DNA of 11,043 nt from Oligoflexales bacterium (GCA_041736175.1 JBGSUI010000084.1:1-11043), one strand, 5' to 3'. Positions 1 through 7,546 are shown, counted from the stretch's first letter. Notes: generated by a model not told the origin, from the letters alone. Numbers and translations: made by a program.

Positions 1-73
1 AAAGCCTTCTGGCTTTACCAGGTGAGCACGGCATAAGAGGTTTGCCGTGTTTGTTCAGAACATATGCTACCAT
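1..73 (-). CDS. iscB: N-terminus (PLMP/RRXRR domain) of an IscB-family RNA-guided endonuclease (IscB or IsrB); gene runs off the window edge
   Basis: Manual translation of the minus strand from ATG at 73 gives MVAYVLNKHGKPLMPCSPGKARRL, matching the VxVLxxxGxPLMPxxPxxARxL signature. RBS GGAGGT at 86-81, 7 nt upstream. An omega-RNA-like scaffold lies directly upstream. RuvC/HNH are outside the window, so IscB versus IsrB is unresolved. Confidence 0.9.
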   Translation of the reverse strand, partial: MVAYVLNKHGKPLMPCSPGKARRL

Positions 74-374
74 TGAGCATACCTCCCTGAACAGGAGTTG
101 TGCGTATCCGACATGAGGAAGGCCCATGATGGACTCCGACGTACTCTCGACCGGATGTGACAAGGTTTAACGCTATACACACTACCACTCCTCTCGTGGT
201 TTTTTAATGCATAGCCGCAGAGCAAGGGACTGAGTCGCCATCCCAGGGTGCCTATATTTTCTTGTCCATCGTTTACAACCATTAACTCTTACAATCCTTT
301 CTTGGTTGTGGTCTGGTGAAGTGCTCCCGGTTTCCCGGAAGCCGCCGAGTCTTTAGCTCGGACGGAGGCTTCAC
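1..374 (-). mobile_element. IS200/IS605-superfamily IscB/IsrB (OMEGA) element, one end at 374; other end outside the window
   Basis: Plus strand 338-374 reads GAAG-CCGCCGAG-TCTTTAG-CTCGGACGG-AGGC-TTCAC: a subterminal hairpin plus terminal TTCAC, like IS605-type right ends (TCAA/TTCAA). Toxin homology of the host ORF stops at the 375/374 junction. Confidence 0.85.
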
Positions 375-394
375 CAACAGAACGTAGATGGCGC
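87..394 (-). ncRNA. omega-RNA (HEARO-like) of the IscB/IsrB element: scaffold about 374->87, predicted guide about 394->375
   Basis: Minus strand: (TG)GTGAAG...CTTCACCA closing stem (376-369 / 321-314) enclosing the hairpins CCGAG-CTAAAGA-CTCGG and CTTCCGG-GAAA-CCGGGAG. These are followed by an ACAACC/GGTTGT stem, TAGGCACCCTGGGATG...CAGTCCC..GCTCTGCGG, TTAAA...AGTG and AAACC...GGTCGAG, in the order recalled for omega-RNA/HEARO scaffolds, ending just before the PLMP gene RBS. Exact RNA ends are estimates. Confidence 0.85.
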
Positions 395-602
395 GGTAGG
401 CTCCAGACTCATCTTTTGCACGAACTTCGAAACACCCAGGACCGATCGTTTTAAAAGGCTTTACATCTGTCGGTGAGCGGCCATCTTGCAACAAACCGAT
501 CTCGACGCCCAAGCTGTACTGAATGCCAACCGGAAAGGTCCTCATCACTTTGAGGCTGTCTCCTTCCCAAACGACTTCCTTTCTGGTCACTGCTCGAGTC
601 AA
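375..602 (-). pseudogene. Gp49/HigB-like RelE/ParE-family type II toxin, 5' 76 codons, interrupted by the IscB element
   Basis: VVWEGDSLKVMRTFP...LGVEIGLLQDG..P.DVKPFKTIGPGCFEVRAKDESGAYRAIYV is typical of Gp49/DUF891 RelE-like toxins. The expected C-terminal YVLHxFxKK segment is replaced by 30 aa read through the omega-RNA. TTG start with GGAGG RBS at 614-610. Confidence 0.85.
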
Positions 603-623
603 CGTCTGGCCTCCAATCGCCAG

Positions 624-652
624 ATACTATACGACTAGTCGTATAGATGCAA
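624..652 (-). promoter_or_regulatory. sigma70-type promoter with palindromic operator for the toxin(-antitoxin) operon
   Basis: Minus strand TTGCAT (652-647), 17 bp, TAGTAT (629-624). A perfect 20-bp palindrome CTATACGACT|AGTCGTATAG (627-646) fills the spacer. Confidence 0.75.
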
Positions 653-816
653 GTACTATCGTCATTTATAACTGAAATCTTTAGCGGTACTTTTGGTTAC
701 CGCAGCTGTGGAGTCCAACCTACGTGATCTTGCTTGAGATTTAAGGCACTTAACACCTGCCTAATCTGGTAAGCGGCCCCGCTCATGGGTGACTCCAGAG
801 GTTGCTTTGCAGACCC

Positions 817-1953
817 TCAGTCCATGAGGGCCATTTGGTCCAAAGCCCGCGCAAGAGAGTCTACCGTTCGATCAATATGCATCAGCTTGTCGAGTCCGAA
901 AAGTCCTAAGCGAAAGGTTTTGTAATCGAGAGGCTCATCGCACATTAAAGGCACACCAGCCGCGGACTGAATACCGAATTTTGCCCACTTGCTGCCTTTG
1001 TGCAGACCCTCATCATCGGTGTAGCACACCACCACTCCGGGGGCTTGAAAGCCTGGCGCTGCCACGCTGATGAAGCCTTTGTGATGCAAAAGTTCCCGCA
1101 CCTTCTTGCCAAGCTCCCATTGCCGGAGGGTGAGCTGGGCGAAGCCCAGAGCCTGGGCTTCTTGGATAGCGCTATGAAAACTGGCTAAAGCATCGGTCGG
1201 CAGCGTGGCATGGTACCCGTGACCTCCCGCTTCATAGGCTTGCATGATCTGCAGCCATTTCAAAAGATCACAGGCAAAGCTGCTGCTCTTGGTTGTTTCG
1301 ATACGCGCCTTGGCTGTCGCACTCAGCATAATCAAAGCGCTGCATGGACTAGCCGTCCAGCCTTTTTGCGGTGCACTGATCAGGATATCGACGCCACATT
1401 TTTTCATGTCGACCCAAACGGCCCCCGAAGCTATACAGTCGAGCACAAAAAGCCCACCCACGCCGTGGACCGCTGCTGCAACCGCCTGAAGGTAATCTTC
1501 CGACAAAATCATCCCAGAGGAGGTTTCGACATGGGGAGCAAAAACCAAATCGGGTTTTTCAGACTGAATGCTGGCGATAACCTCGACCAAGGGAGCGGGG
1601 ACAAACGGCGCCTGACGCCCCTCACCCAAAGAACGGGCTTTTAACACGGTGTGTCGGGCAGGAATTTCACCCATGTCGAAAATCTGCGTCCAACGGTAGC
1701 TAAACCAGCCATTGCGTAGCACTAGGCAGCGTTGACCTCGCGCGAATTGTCGGGCGACTGCTTCCATACCATAGGTGCCACCGCCCGGCACAATCGCCAC
1801 AGCTTCCGCTGCGTAAACCTGCTTGAGTGTCAGTGAAATCGACCGCATGATCGATTGAAAAGCTTTCGACATATGATTCAGTGAACGATCGCTAAAAACC
1901 ACCGAATATTCAAGCAGCCCCTGTGGATCGACGGCTGGTACAAGCGTTGACAC
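817..1953 (-). CDS. Class V PLP-dependent aminotransferase (serine-pyruvate/alanine-glyoxylate aminotransferase-like), about 378 aa
   Basis: Motifs LLEYSVVFSDRSLNHMS, PGGGTYGMEA, PHVETSSG, VLDCIAS, SAPQKGW (PLP lysine) and FRLGLFG. Start reassigned to GTG at 1953 because the longer ORF overlaps yedI antisense and the family N-terminus begins here. Confidence 0.9.
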   Translation of the reverse strand: MSTLVPAVDPQGLLEYSVVFSDRSLNHMSKAFQSIMRSISLTLKQVYAAEAVAIVPGGGTYGMEAVARQFARGQRCLVLRNGWFSYRWTQIFDMGEIPARHTVLKARSLGEGRQAPFVPAPLVEVIASIQSEKPDLVFAPHVETSSGMILSEDYLQAVAAAVHGVGGLFVLDCIASGAVWVDMKKCGVDILISAPQKGWTASPCSALIMLSATAKARIETTKSSSFACDLLKWLQIMQAYEAGGHGYHATLPTDALASFHSAIQEAQALGFAQLTLRQWELGKKVRELLHHKGFISVAAPGFQAPGVVVCYTDDEGLHKGSKWAKFGIQSAAGVPLMCDEPLDYKTFRLGLFGLDKLMHIDRTVDSLARALDQMALMD

Positions 1954-2113
1954 GAATGAACTACCCCCCAAAAAATCGCTGGCAACTCCTGATTTCAGAC
2001 TAGCATGAATGGATTGCCGCGAATACCCCATTGTTATTCTATTGAGGGAGATGGGCTGACATAATAGACTGGCCTCGGTCGAGTCAGGGGTTTCACAAAA
2101 AGGAGATTTTCCA

Positions 2114-3028
2114 ATGGCAGGTACGAGTTTGTTGGCACTCCTTGACGATATCGCTACGATTCTCGACGATGTTGCGGTGATGAGTAAGATTGCCCTTAAG
2201 AAAACCAGTGGCGTCCTCGGTGACGATCTCGCCCTTAACGCGGAGCAAGTCACTGGGATCAAGCCGGATCGGGAGATTCCCGTGGTTTTGGCTGTGGCCA
2301 AAGGCTCCGCTGTTAACAAGCTGATCCTGGTTCCTTCGGCGCTGGCCATCAGTGCCTTTATGCCGTGGGCGGTCACGCCGCTCCTTATGGCTGGTGGGCT
2401 TTATTTATGCTTTGAGGGATCCGAAAAAATCTATCATAAGCTGCAAAAAGTCGATCCAAAAGCCGTTCATCAAGAGCATGCAAAGTTGGTCGAAGCCGTT
2501 GCCGACCCGACCGTGGACTTGGTGGCCTACGAGCGTGGCAAGATCAAGGGTGCGATTCGCACCGATTTTATACTGTCTGCCGAAATCATCGTGATCACCC
2601 TCGGGACGGTCACCGCTGCGCCGTTTGAACAACAATTACTTGTGTTGTCTGTGATTGCGATTCTGATGACCATCGGCGTCTATGGTCTTGTTGCGGGCAT
2701 CGTTAAACTCGATGATTTAGGCCTTTACCTAAGCGCAAACCAGGCGCCTTCCAGGATCGGCCAAACCAAAAGGTTGGTCGGCTCCATGCTCCTGAGGTTT
2801 GCACCTTGGCTGCTAAAGTTTCTTTCGGTCGCCGGTATGATAGCGATGTTTTTAGTGGGTGGTGGAATCATCAGCCATGGGGTGCCACTGTTTCACCATT
2901 GGACCGAGACCCTTGACCAACTCGCCTTTGCGGGAGTCGGTGCCGTCGCGTCGGGCCTTATCGGACTGGGTTGTGGCGCGGTTGCCGTAGGAGTGGTCAA
3001 CTTCCTCAAAAAAATCCGAAAAAGGTAA
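2114..3028 (+). CDS. yedI: DUF808 family inner membrane protein YedI
   Basis: MAGTSLLALLDDIATILDDVAVM, GVLGDDLALNAEQV, GAIRTDFILSAEIIVI and GVYGLVAGIVKLDDLG are characteristic of YedI. RBS AGGAG upstream; several TM segments. Confidence 0.95.
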   Translation: MAGTSLLALLDDIATILDDVAVMSKIALKKTSGVLGDDLALNAEQVTGIKPDREIPVVLAVAKGSAVNKLILVPSALAISAFMPWAVTPLLMAGGLYLCFEGSEKIYHKLQKVDPKAVHQEHAKLVEAVADPTVDLVAYERGKIKGAIRTDFILSAEIIVITLGTVTAAPFEQQLLVLSVIAILMTIGVYGLVAGIVKLDDLGLYLSANQAPSRIGQTKRLVGSMLLRFAPWLLKFLSVAGMIAMFLVGGGIISHGVPLFHHWTETLDQLAFAGVGAVASGLIGLGCGAVAVGVVNFLKKIRKR

Positions 3029-3311
3029 TTATTGAGGGACGTTGGCCATTTTGTTCTTCCTTGGCAAAATAGCCAGGAAATGGTAGGTGCGGAGATGTTA
3101 AACAGACATATGTACCAAGAACTAACGGCTGTTAGGGCACTCTTCGCCAATCACTACCCGGCGCTATAACAAGCGTCAAAAGACGCATGAGTGAAACCCT
3201 GTTTATAAGATTGATTATTAGAGGAATTATTGTCAAGAAATAATATGGCCGCGAATATTAGTGACCGGCGCTAGTTTGATGCAGTCTACTAGTTTCTACA
3301 ATCAACCAATT

Positions 3312-3968
3312 CTAGGGTATCCGTGAAATCTTAAAGTTATTATGAGAGTCCTGAATAATAATAGATGATTTTCTCTTGTTAAGATTTGTTGCGAATACTG
3401 CAAGATTTTTTGTGTCTCTATGCTTCGAGCTATTAAACAAAATAGCTTCATAACCAGATTCAAATGCCTTCCTGCCAAGAATTTGAGTAGGGCACAAGAT
3501 TCCTCCCCAAGCGACCCATTCGATTTTTTCGACCTCATATCTCGTTATTTTAAGGGCTTTTCTCACTTCAGCCGAGGTTAGGTCAAGTACGTTCACAAGA
3601 TCGACAGAAACCCAAAAACGGAAATGAGGTTCGACAATATCAAATCCCGTCTCTCGCCTTTCTGGGAAAACAGCATATTCATTCGAAGCGAAGTACAGCG
3701 GAGATTCAAGGTCTTTTACTCCCAAAAATCGGCTTTTTCCAGGTCCTGTTCCTAAAGGCGTATCGCGATATTTAAGATAGGCACCTCGGCAGAAGTTTCC
3801 TTGTATTGAAGTTCCTAGATCGGCCGGAAGGTCACTGAACTTGTCGTGACTCTTAACACTTATTCGTCGTTTTACATCACACAACTTGACCAAAATCTTT
3901 TTTTTCATTTGCAAGCTTCTGGCGTGATCAAGTTCGGCCAATAAAGCTTTATACTCACGAATGGACAT
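3312..3968 (-). CDS. RES domain toxin (putative NAD+ phosphorylase / ART-like)
   Basis: RES-like motifs CR.., GKSRF, PLYFAS, VLDLT, TQILGRKAFESGYEAILFNS and NLAVF. Start overlaps the stop of the upstream antitoxin-like gene (TGATG). Confidence 0.82.
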   Translation of the reverse strand: MSIREYKALLAELDHARSLQMKKKILVKLCDVKRRISVKSHDKFSDLPADLGTSIQGNFCRGAYLKYRDTPLGTGPGKSRFLGVKDLESPLYFASNEYAVFPERRETGFDIVEPHFRFWVSVDLVNVLDLTSAEVRKALKITRYEVEKIEWVAWGGILCPTQILGRKAFESGYEAILFNSSKHRDTKNLAVFATNLNKRKSSIIIQDSHNNFKISRIP

Positions 3969-4336
3969 CAGCCTCTAAATACCTCTCTATTTTCAGGATC
4001 AAGGTAAGAGGTTAAAAAACTCATCACTTCGTGTTCTTTCCGAATGTAGCACATTTCAATAGGAGTGAGTCCGTGAAATGCAATATTACCTTCATTGAGC
4101 CAATCAGTGATTTTTAGTGCGTCACCATTGAAAACTTTAATTAGGTACGGAATGAGTTGAGTGAGTGGGCGCAAAGCCTTACTGGCTTCGGCTGTAATTT
4201 TGTCGTCCCTTAAAACCTGATAATTGATGTTGTAGGCTTCTGCAATAGCTTTGCGCTTGAAGCCAGCTTCTAGGAAGCTCGAGATAACGGGCCTATTGCC
4301 TTTGATAAAATGAGATTGATTAATTGCATGTGTCAT
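3968..4336 (-). CDS. Xre/MbcA/ParS-like antitoxin (DUF2384-type C-terminal domain)
   Basis: HTH-like AIAEAYNINYQVLR, then VFNGDALKITDWLNEGNIAFHGLTPIEM (F.G....WL..PN..F.G.TP pattern). Translationally coupled to the RES gene. Confidence 0.85.
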   Translation of the reverse strand: MTHAINQSHFIKGNRPVISSFLEAGFKRKAIAEAYNINYQVLRDDKITAEASKALRPLTQLIPYLIKVFNGDALKITDWLNEGNIAFHGLTPIEMCYIRKEHEVMSFLTSYLDPENREVFRG

Positions 4337-4384
4337 AATGGCCTCACTGGAACCGAGACGATTGAAAAGCCTATGCCGTCAATC

Positions 4385-4411
4385 TTATCGGCTAATGATA
4401 CCAAAACTTTA
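4385..4411 (-). promoter_or_regulatory. sigma28 (FliA)-type promoter upstream of the antitoxin-RES operon
   Basis: Minus strand TAAAGTTT (4411-4404), 11 nt, GCCGATAA (4392-4385): exact match to the extended FliA consensus, 48 bp upstream of the antitoxin start. Confidence 0.75.
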
Positions 4412-4436
4412 CCACATTTTTACCATTTTTGTACCA
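4399..4436. repeat. Four TACCA pentamers at exact 11-bp spacing
   Basis: TACCA starts at 4399, 4410, 4421 and 4432, separated by A/T-rich spacers. Confidence 0.8.
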
Positions 4437-4704
4437 AAAAGTTGTATCCAACTGATTTTATAGACTTTATTAGATCCTGATTGAAGTGTGGGGTTAGCAG
4501 CAAGAGGACACCTGATTTTAGGTGCAAATGTCAGGGTCTGTAAAAATGTTAGACACTTCAGGGGGAATAAATTCGTTATTTTTTTCCACAGGGAAATTAA
4601 TCTTATTGAAAGTATAGAAAATATGGCTATCAAATTGGCTGCATAAATATGAAGATGTGGACCTAACAACTTTTCAAAGGGATTCATACCCTCTTATAAA
4701 AGAT

Positions 4705-4721
4705 CAGGCATGGATTTTGCT
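4705..4721 (+). promoter_or_regulatory. Putative sigma54 (-24/-12) promoter for the lipoprotein gene
   Basis: CAGGCATGGATTTTGCT has GG-N10-GC spacing and resembles YTGGCACGRNNNTTGCW; 57 bp upstream of the ATG at 4779. Confidence 0.55.
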
Positions 4722-4778
4722 CTGTCATATTCCGTTCGCTTTAAAAATACTGAAACAACAAAACAGGGGAAATTTTAG

Positions 4779-6038
4779 ATGAAGATGAAAAAAATTTATT
4801 TTGGAGCAGTTCCAGCGATCGGAATATTGTTATCTATAACATCGTGCATAAACGCTCGGTCCAACCAGTCGGCGCCGCTTACCGGGGCCACCGATGAATG
4901 CAATGTCGATCCATCACTAGGTCAGAAACTCAACACTGACTGCTTCGACAAACTCTTGTCCAAGCTGCCTTTTTCGGAACTGCGACTCCTCGCTCCACCA
5001 TCCAGTGGCGCAATACAGATGGCGGTCAAAGACCGAGTCACCGGCTATTGGCCGAAGTGGTTACTCGACGATATCAAGAAGGAAGAAAAAGCCGGCGAAA
5101 AATTGGTGCTTTATTACTACGCATCTCTTAAACTGCCTTCACTTCTTGCCAACAAAAAAAATCGTAATGACTTTTTGGTAAAAACAACATTACCAAAAAG
5201 TGATGGTTATAGTACGATTCTAGGTAAGATAGGGGATCATGCCGTTGCTTACCACAGTAGAAGTGGCGGCAAGATTACTCTTTACGATCTACAAGAGCAT
5301 AAGGTGCTCGGCGAAGCGGAGGTACCAATTGGAGGCTTAAGTGGCGGATCAATGGGTATCGAAGACCTAGGTAACAAAACCTTTTTACTTCGTCGTGAGA
5401 TGAGAGATTTAGATGGAATTTCTACTGTTACTCAATTTACCATATGGCGCTGGGGCTCAGCTCAACAGTTAGAGCTTCTCCATACAATAACCGGTACAAC
5501 CCAAAATAACGCGTTTGATTTCTTGGGGGTTTCAGATAAAAAATTCGCAACCTGGCGCTACTTGTACAACGGTTTTCAACAAACGACAAAGGTTGTCGAT
5601 CTTTGGAGCACTGAAGGCCTGGTCAGTTCCATACCTCTCCCGGTCGAAGTCGATAAAATTGTGGAAGGAGATACCCGTTGTGATTCCAGAAACAATAGAT
5701 TTCATAGTGGTAGTGTAGAATTAAGCGATATAAGAGACGGATTATTGCAGAGTCTTAAGTATCTCGAGAGTCAAGGAATAAAGATCGATGAAAATTTGGC
5801 CTATTATAATAAAAACATTCTTGGACATAAATTTGACCTAAAAACCTTGGTGATAGTTGATCAAGGTCTACTAAAGTTTAGCTCGTTGGATTACCGACGC
5901 ATTAGGAAGGTCTTCCCCGAAGAACAAAGCCCTGGGCAAGTTTCCTTTGTAAACAAAAATGGAGATATTGTCTTCCGTGATGGGTCTTATGCAAACTTTT
6001 GGAAAGGCGTCAAACATGTACTCGCCGATACCAAATAA
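4779..6038 (+). CDS. Hypothetical lipoprotein (419 aa), beta-rich, possibly propeller-like
   Basis: Long ORF with basic N-terminus, hydrophobic stretch and lipobox-like ITS-C. Repeated strand motifs such as KITLYDL, FTIWRW, VVDLWS and FVNKNGDIVF. No family recognised. Confidence 0.75.
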   Translation: MKMKKIYFGAVPAIGILLSITSCINARSNQSAPLTGATDECNVDPSLGQKLNTDCFDKLLSKLPFSELRLLAPPSSGAIQMAVKDRVTGYWPKWLLDDIKKEEKAGEKLVLYYYASLKLPSLLANKKNRNDFLVKTTLPKSDGYSTILGKIGDHAVAYHSRSGGKITLYDLQEHKVLGEAEVPIGGLSGGSMGIEDLGNKTFLLRREMRDLDGISTVTQFTIWRWGSAQQLELLHTITGTTQNNAFDFLGVSDKKFATWRYLYNGFQQTTKVVDLWSTEGLVSSIPLPVEVDKIVEGDTRCDSRNNRFHSGSVELSDIRDGLLQSLKYLESQGIKIDENLAYYNKNILGHKFDLKTLVIVDQGLLKFSSLDYRRIRKVFPEEQSPGQVSFVNKNGDIVFRDGSYANFWKGVKHVLADTK

Positions 6039-6145
6039 GCCCCATAAATCGGGAAAATACTTCTTCTGCGTGACTACCTTAGAACAAGGGCTAGTATTCG
6101 TGATGAAAACGCCCCCCATGGAGTTTCGAATCTAGAGTCGGCCAA

Positions 6146-6188
6146 AAGTCCCCCCTCGACGACTTTCAGTCTTGGGGAGGGGGGACTT
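6146..6188 (-). terminator. GC-rich hairpin, possible intrinsic terminator or REP-like element
   Basis: Perfect 12-bp stem AAGTCCCCCCTC (6146-6157) / GAGGGGGGACTT (6177-6188) with an inner GACT-TTC-AGTC stem. On the minus strand it ends in a short TTTT run. Confidence 0.5.
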
Positions 6189-6264
6189 CGAACGGCTGGG
6201 CATGTTGATCCTGTGGCGGCGGGCCTCGCAAACTTTCGCTAAAAGTAGAAGAACCGTCTAGACT

Positions 6265-6745
6265 CTACCTGAGGGTAGAAGTACGCAAGGGACTCCCTGG
6301 ACGCCGCAAGGGTGTCCAACTAAAGGGCTCAAAATGAGTCATATCAAAAAATTCGAAATGAAATTTGTTGTCAAAGACTGTTAAAAACGTTGCAACATTA
6401 CCACTTGTTTTGATTCCGACACATATCCCAGACCCACCGCAGGCTGGATCGATCGCTTGTACCTTGAAAAAAGACCGCATCATGAGTACCTTCAGGTGGA
6501 AATCCTGTAAATACTTTCTGTGCCGGGGTTAAATAAACCCTCCCAAATTGGACCAAGTTCAAATCGCTTCTTTTTTCGCCAAAAAATGTGCCTATCAACT
6601 TTGGCGTCGCTTCAGGTTCAGAAATATTAACAAGCTCAAGCCGTGACTAATCTTCGGAAGGACGCAGTTCAAGCACCCCTTTGGTATCAGCAGGTATTTC
6701 AAGACTCCGATCTGTATATGTTATATGCCCTCCGCCCTTCCGTTC
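6265..6745 (-). pseudogene. Decayed 3' fragment of a paralog/allele of the metalloprotease at 8586-9860
   Basis: Fragments translate to IGTFFGEKRSDLNLVQFGRVYLTPAQKVFTG and GNVATFLTVFDNKFHFEFF...LRTSTLR. In-frame TAG at 6649-6647, a net 14-bp frameshifting deletion near 6450, and no 5' part. Confidence 0.9.
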
Positions 6746-6754
6746 TAAAGTATT

Positions 6755-7546
6755 TCAAAGTAGTTTTTCGATCAACTCTTTCTTAACAATTCCCGCCGCT
6801 GCTGCTAAATCGTATTCAAACCCAGCAGGGATTAGCTTTTCAATATCTTCGACAAAGATACTGCTTTTTAACTTTTCTGCAAGGTTGGCTTCATATGCAG
6901 CTCGAGTGATTTTATTTCCCTCGAGCTCTATATATTTTAAAAAGCATTCTATAATTTGACTAGGATTGACCATTCCTGAATTTAGCGCCATCCAAAGATC
7001 AAATAGGTCACGTCCTTTTTTTCGTTGGTAAAGAGCTCTCATCTTAGTTCCTAAGAGCTCATCGAGATGGTATACCGATACCTCGGTTGATCCCGCAAAC
7101 CAAGGATTATCAACGCTAAATTGTTTATGAGATATCCCCATAACAGAGAAATGCTCTCTAGTATTTATTTCAATTTTTAAACGCATATTTGTTATTGGAG
7201 CAAATGTCGTTTCAAATCTATAAATAAGGGTAAAACGCCCCTCTCCCTGCTTCCACTTTGGGATACCTAGCCAGGGATCAAGGGTGCTTTTTATTTCATC
7301 TATAAGGTCTCCAATTGATCCGCTGTTGCGTTGCACAAGATCTATGTCTTCTGAATATCGCCCAGATGAACCAAAGAAAAGTTTATGAAGTGCAGTTCCT
7401 CCTCGAAAAGCAACCTGATCTGCAACCGATTTTCGACTAAACATTTCAACTAATGCTCTTGAAATGACGAGATCTTGCTCGACTTGCTCGTTGGTCGGCC
7501 AAGGGGTCGCGTTGCGCCATGCTGTGATGTAAGCTCTTGGAATCAA
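6755..7546 (-). CDS. abiEii: AbiEii/AbiGii family nucleotidyltransferase toxin (type IV TA)
   Basis: QVEQDLVISRAL, AFRGGTALHK, RYSEDIDL, LKIEINTRE and ALYQRKKGRDLFDL motifs. TTG start overlaps the abiEi stop. Confidence 0.93.
   Translation of the reverse strand: MIPRAYITAWRNATPWPTNEQVEQDLVISRALVEMFSRKSVADQVAFRGGTALHKLFFGSSGRYSEDIDLVQRNSGSIGDLIDEIKSTLDPWLGIPKWKQGEGRFTLIYRFETTFAPITNMRLKIEINTREHFSVMGISHKQFSVDNPWFAGSTEVSVYHLDELLGTKMRALYQRKKGRDLFDLWMALNSGMVNPSQIIECFLKYIELEGNKITRAAYEANLAEKLKSSIFVEDIEKLIPAGFEYDLAAAAGIVKKELIEKLL

Larger units (their letters stand above)
6137..6745. repeat. Direct repeat copy A (of 8498-9080)
   Basis: Manual alignment: about 566 aligned columns, about 53 substitutions (about 90% identity), plus indels of 39, 1, 14, 3 and 3 bp. 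Confidence 0.95.

Noticed and set aside
67..282. 71-aa minus-strand ORF
   Set aside because: Lies almost entirely within the omega-RNA scaffold and overlaps the PLMP gene start in another frame; no protein motifs.
87..374. Group I intron/IStron that would splice out and restore the toxin
   Set aside because: No recognisable group I core; the whole stretch is explained by the omega-RNA scaffold. The far end cannot be seen.
282..602. 106-aa ORF as an intact toxin
   Set aside because: The last 30 aa derive from the inserted element; the conserved C-terminal toxin segment is missing.
1954..2376. 141-aa N-terminal extension of the aminotransferase
   Set aside because: Runs through the intergenic region and antisense to yedI; the family N-terminus begins at 1953.
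3043..3075. Hairpin TGGCCATTTTG/CAAAATAGCCA after yedI as a terminator
   Set aside because: One mismatch, long loop and no U-tract; not supportable.
4409..4687. 92-aa minus-strand ORF
   Set aside because: AT-rich intergenic DNA that overlaps promoter and repeat elements; no convincing RBS or motifs.
6108..6136. tRNA 3'-end/att-like fragment (GCCCCCCATGGAGTTTCGAATCTAG) beside the repeat boundary
   Set aside because: The T-arm does not pair properly on either strand, there is no CCA or cloverleaf, and no integrase; too weak to call.
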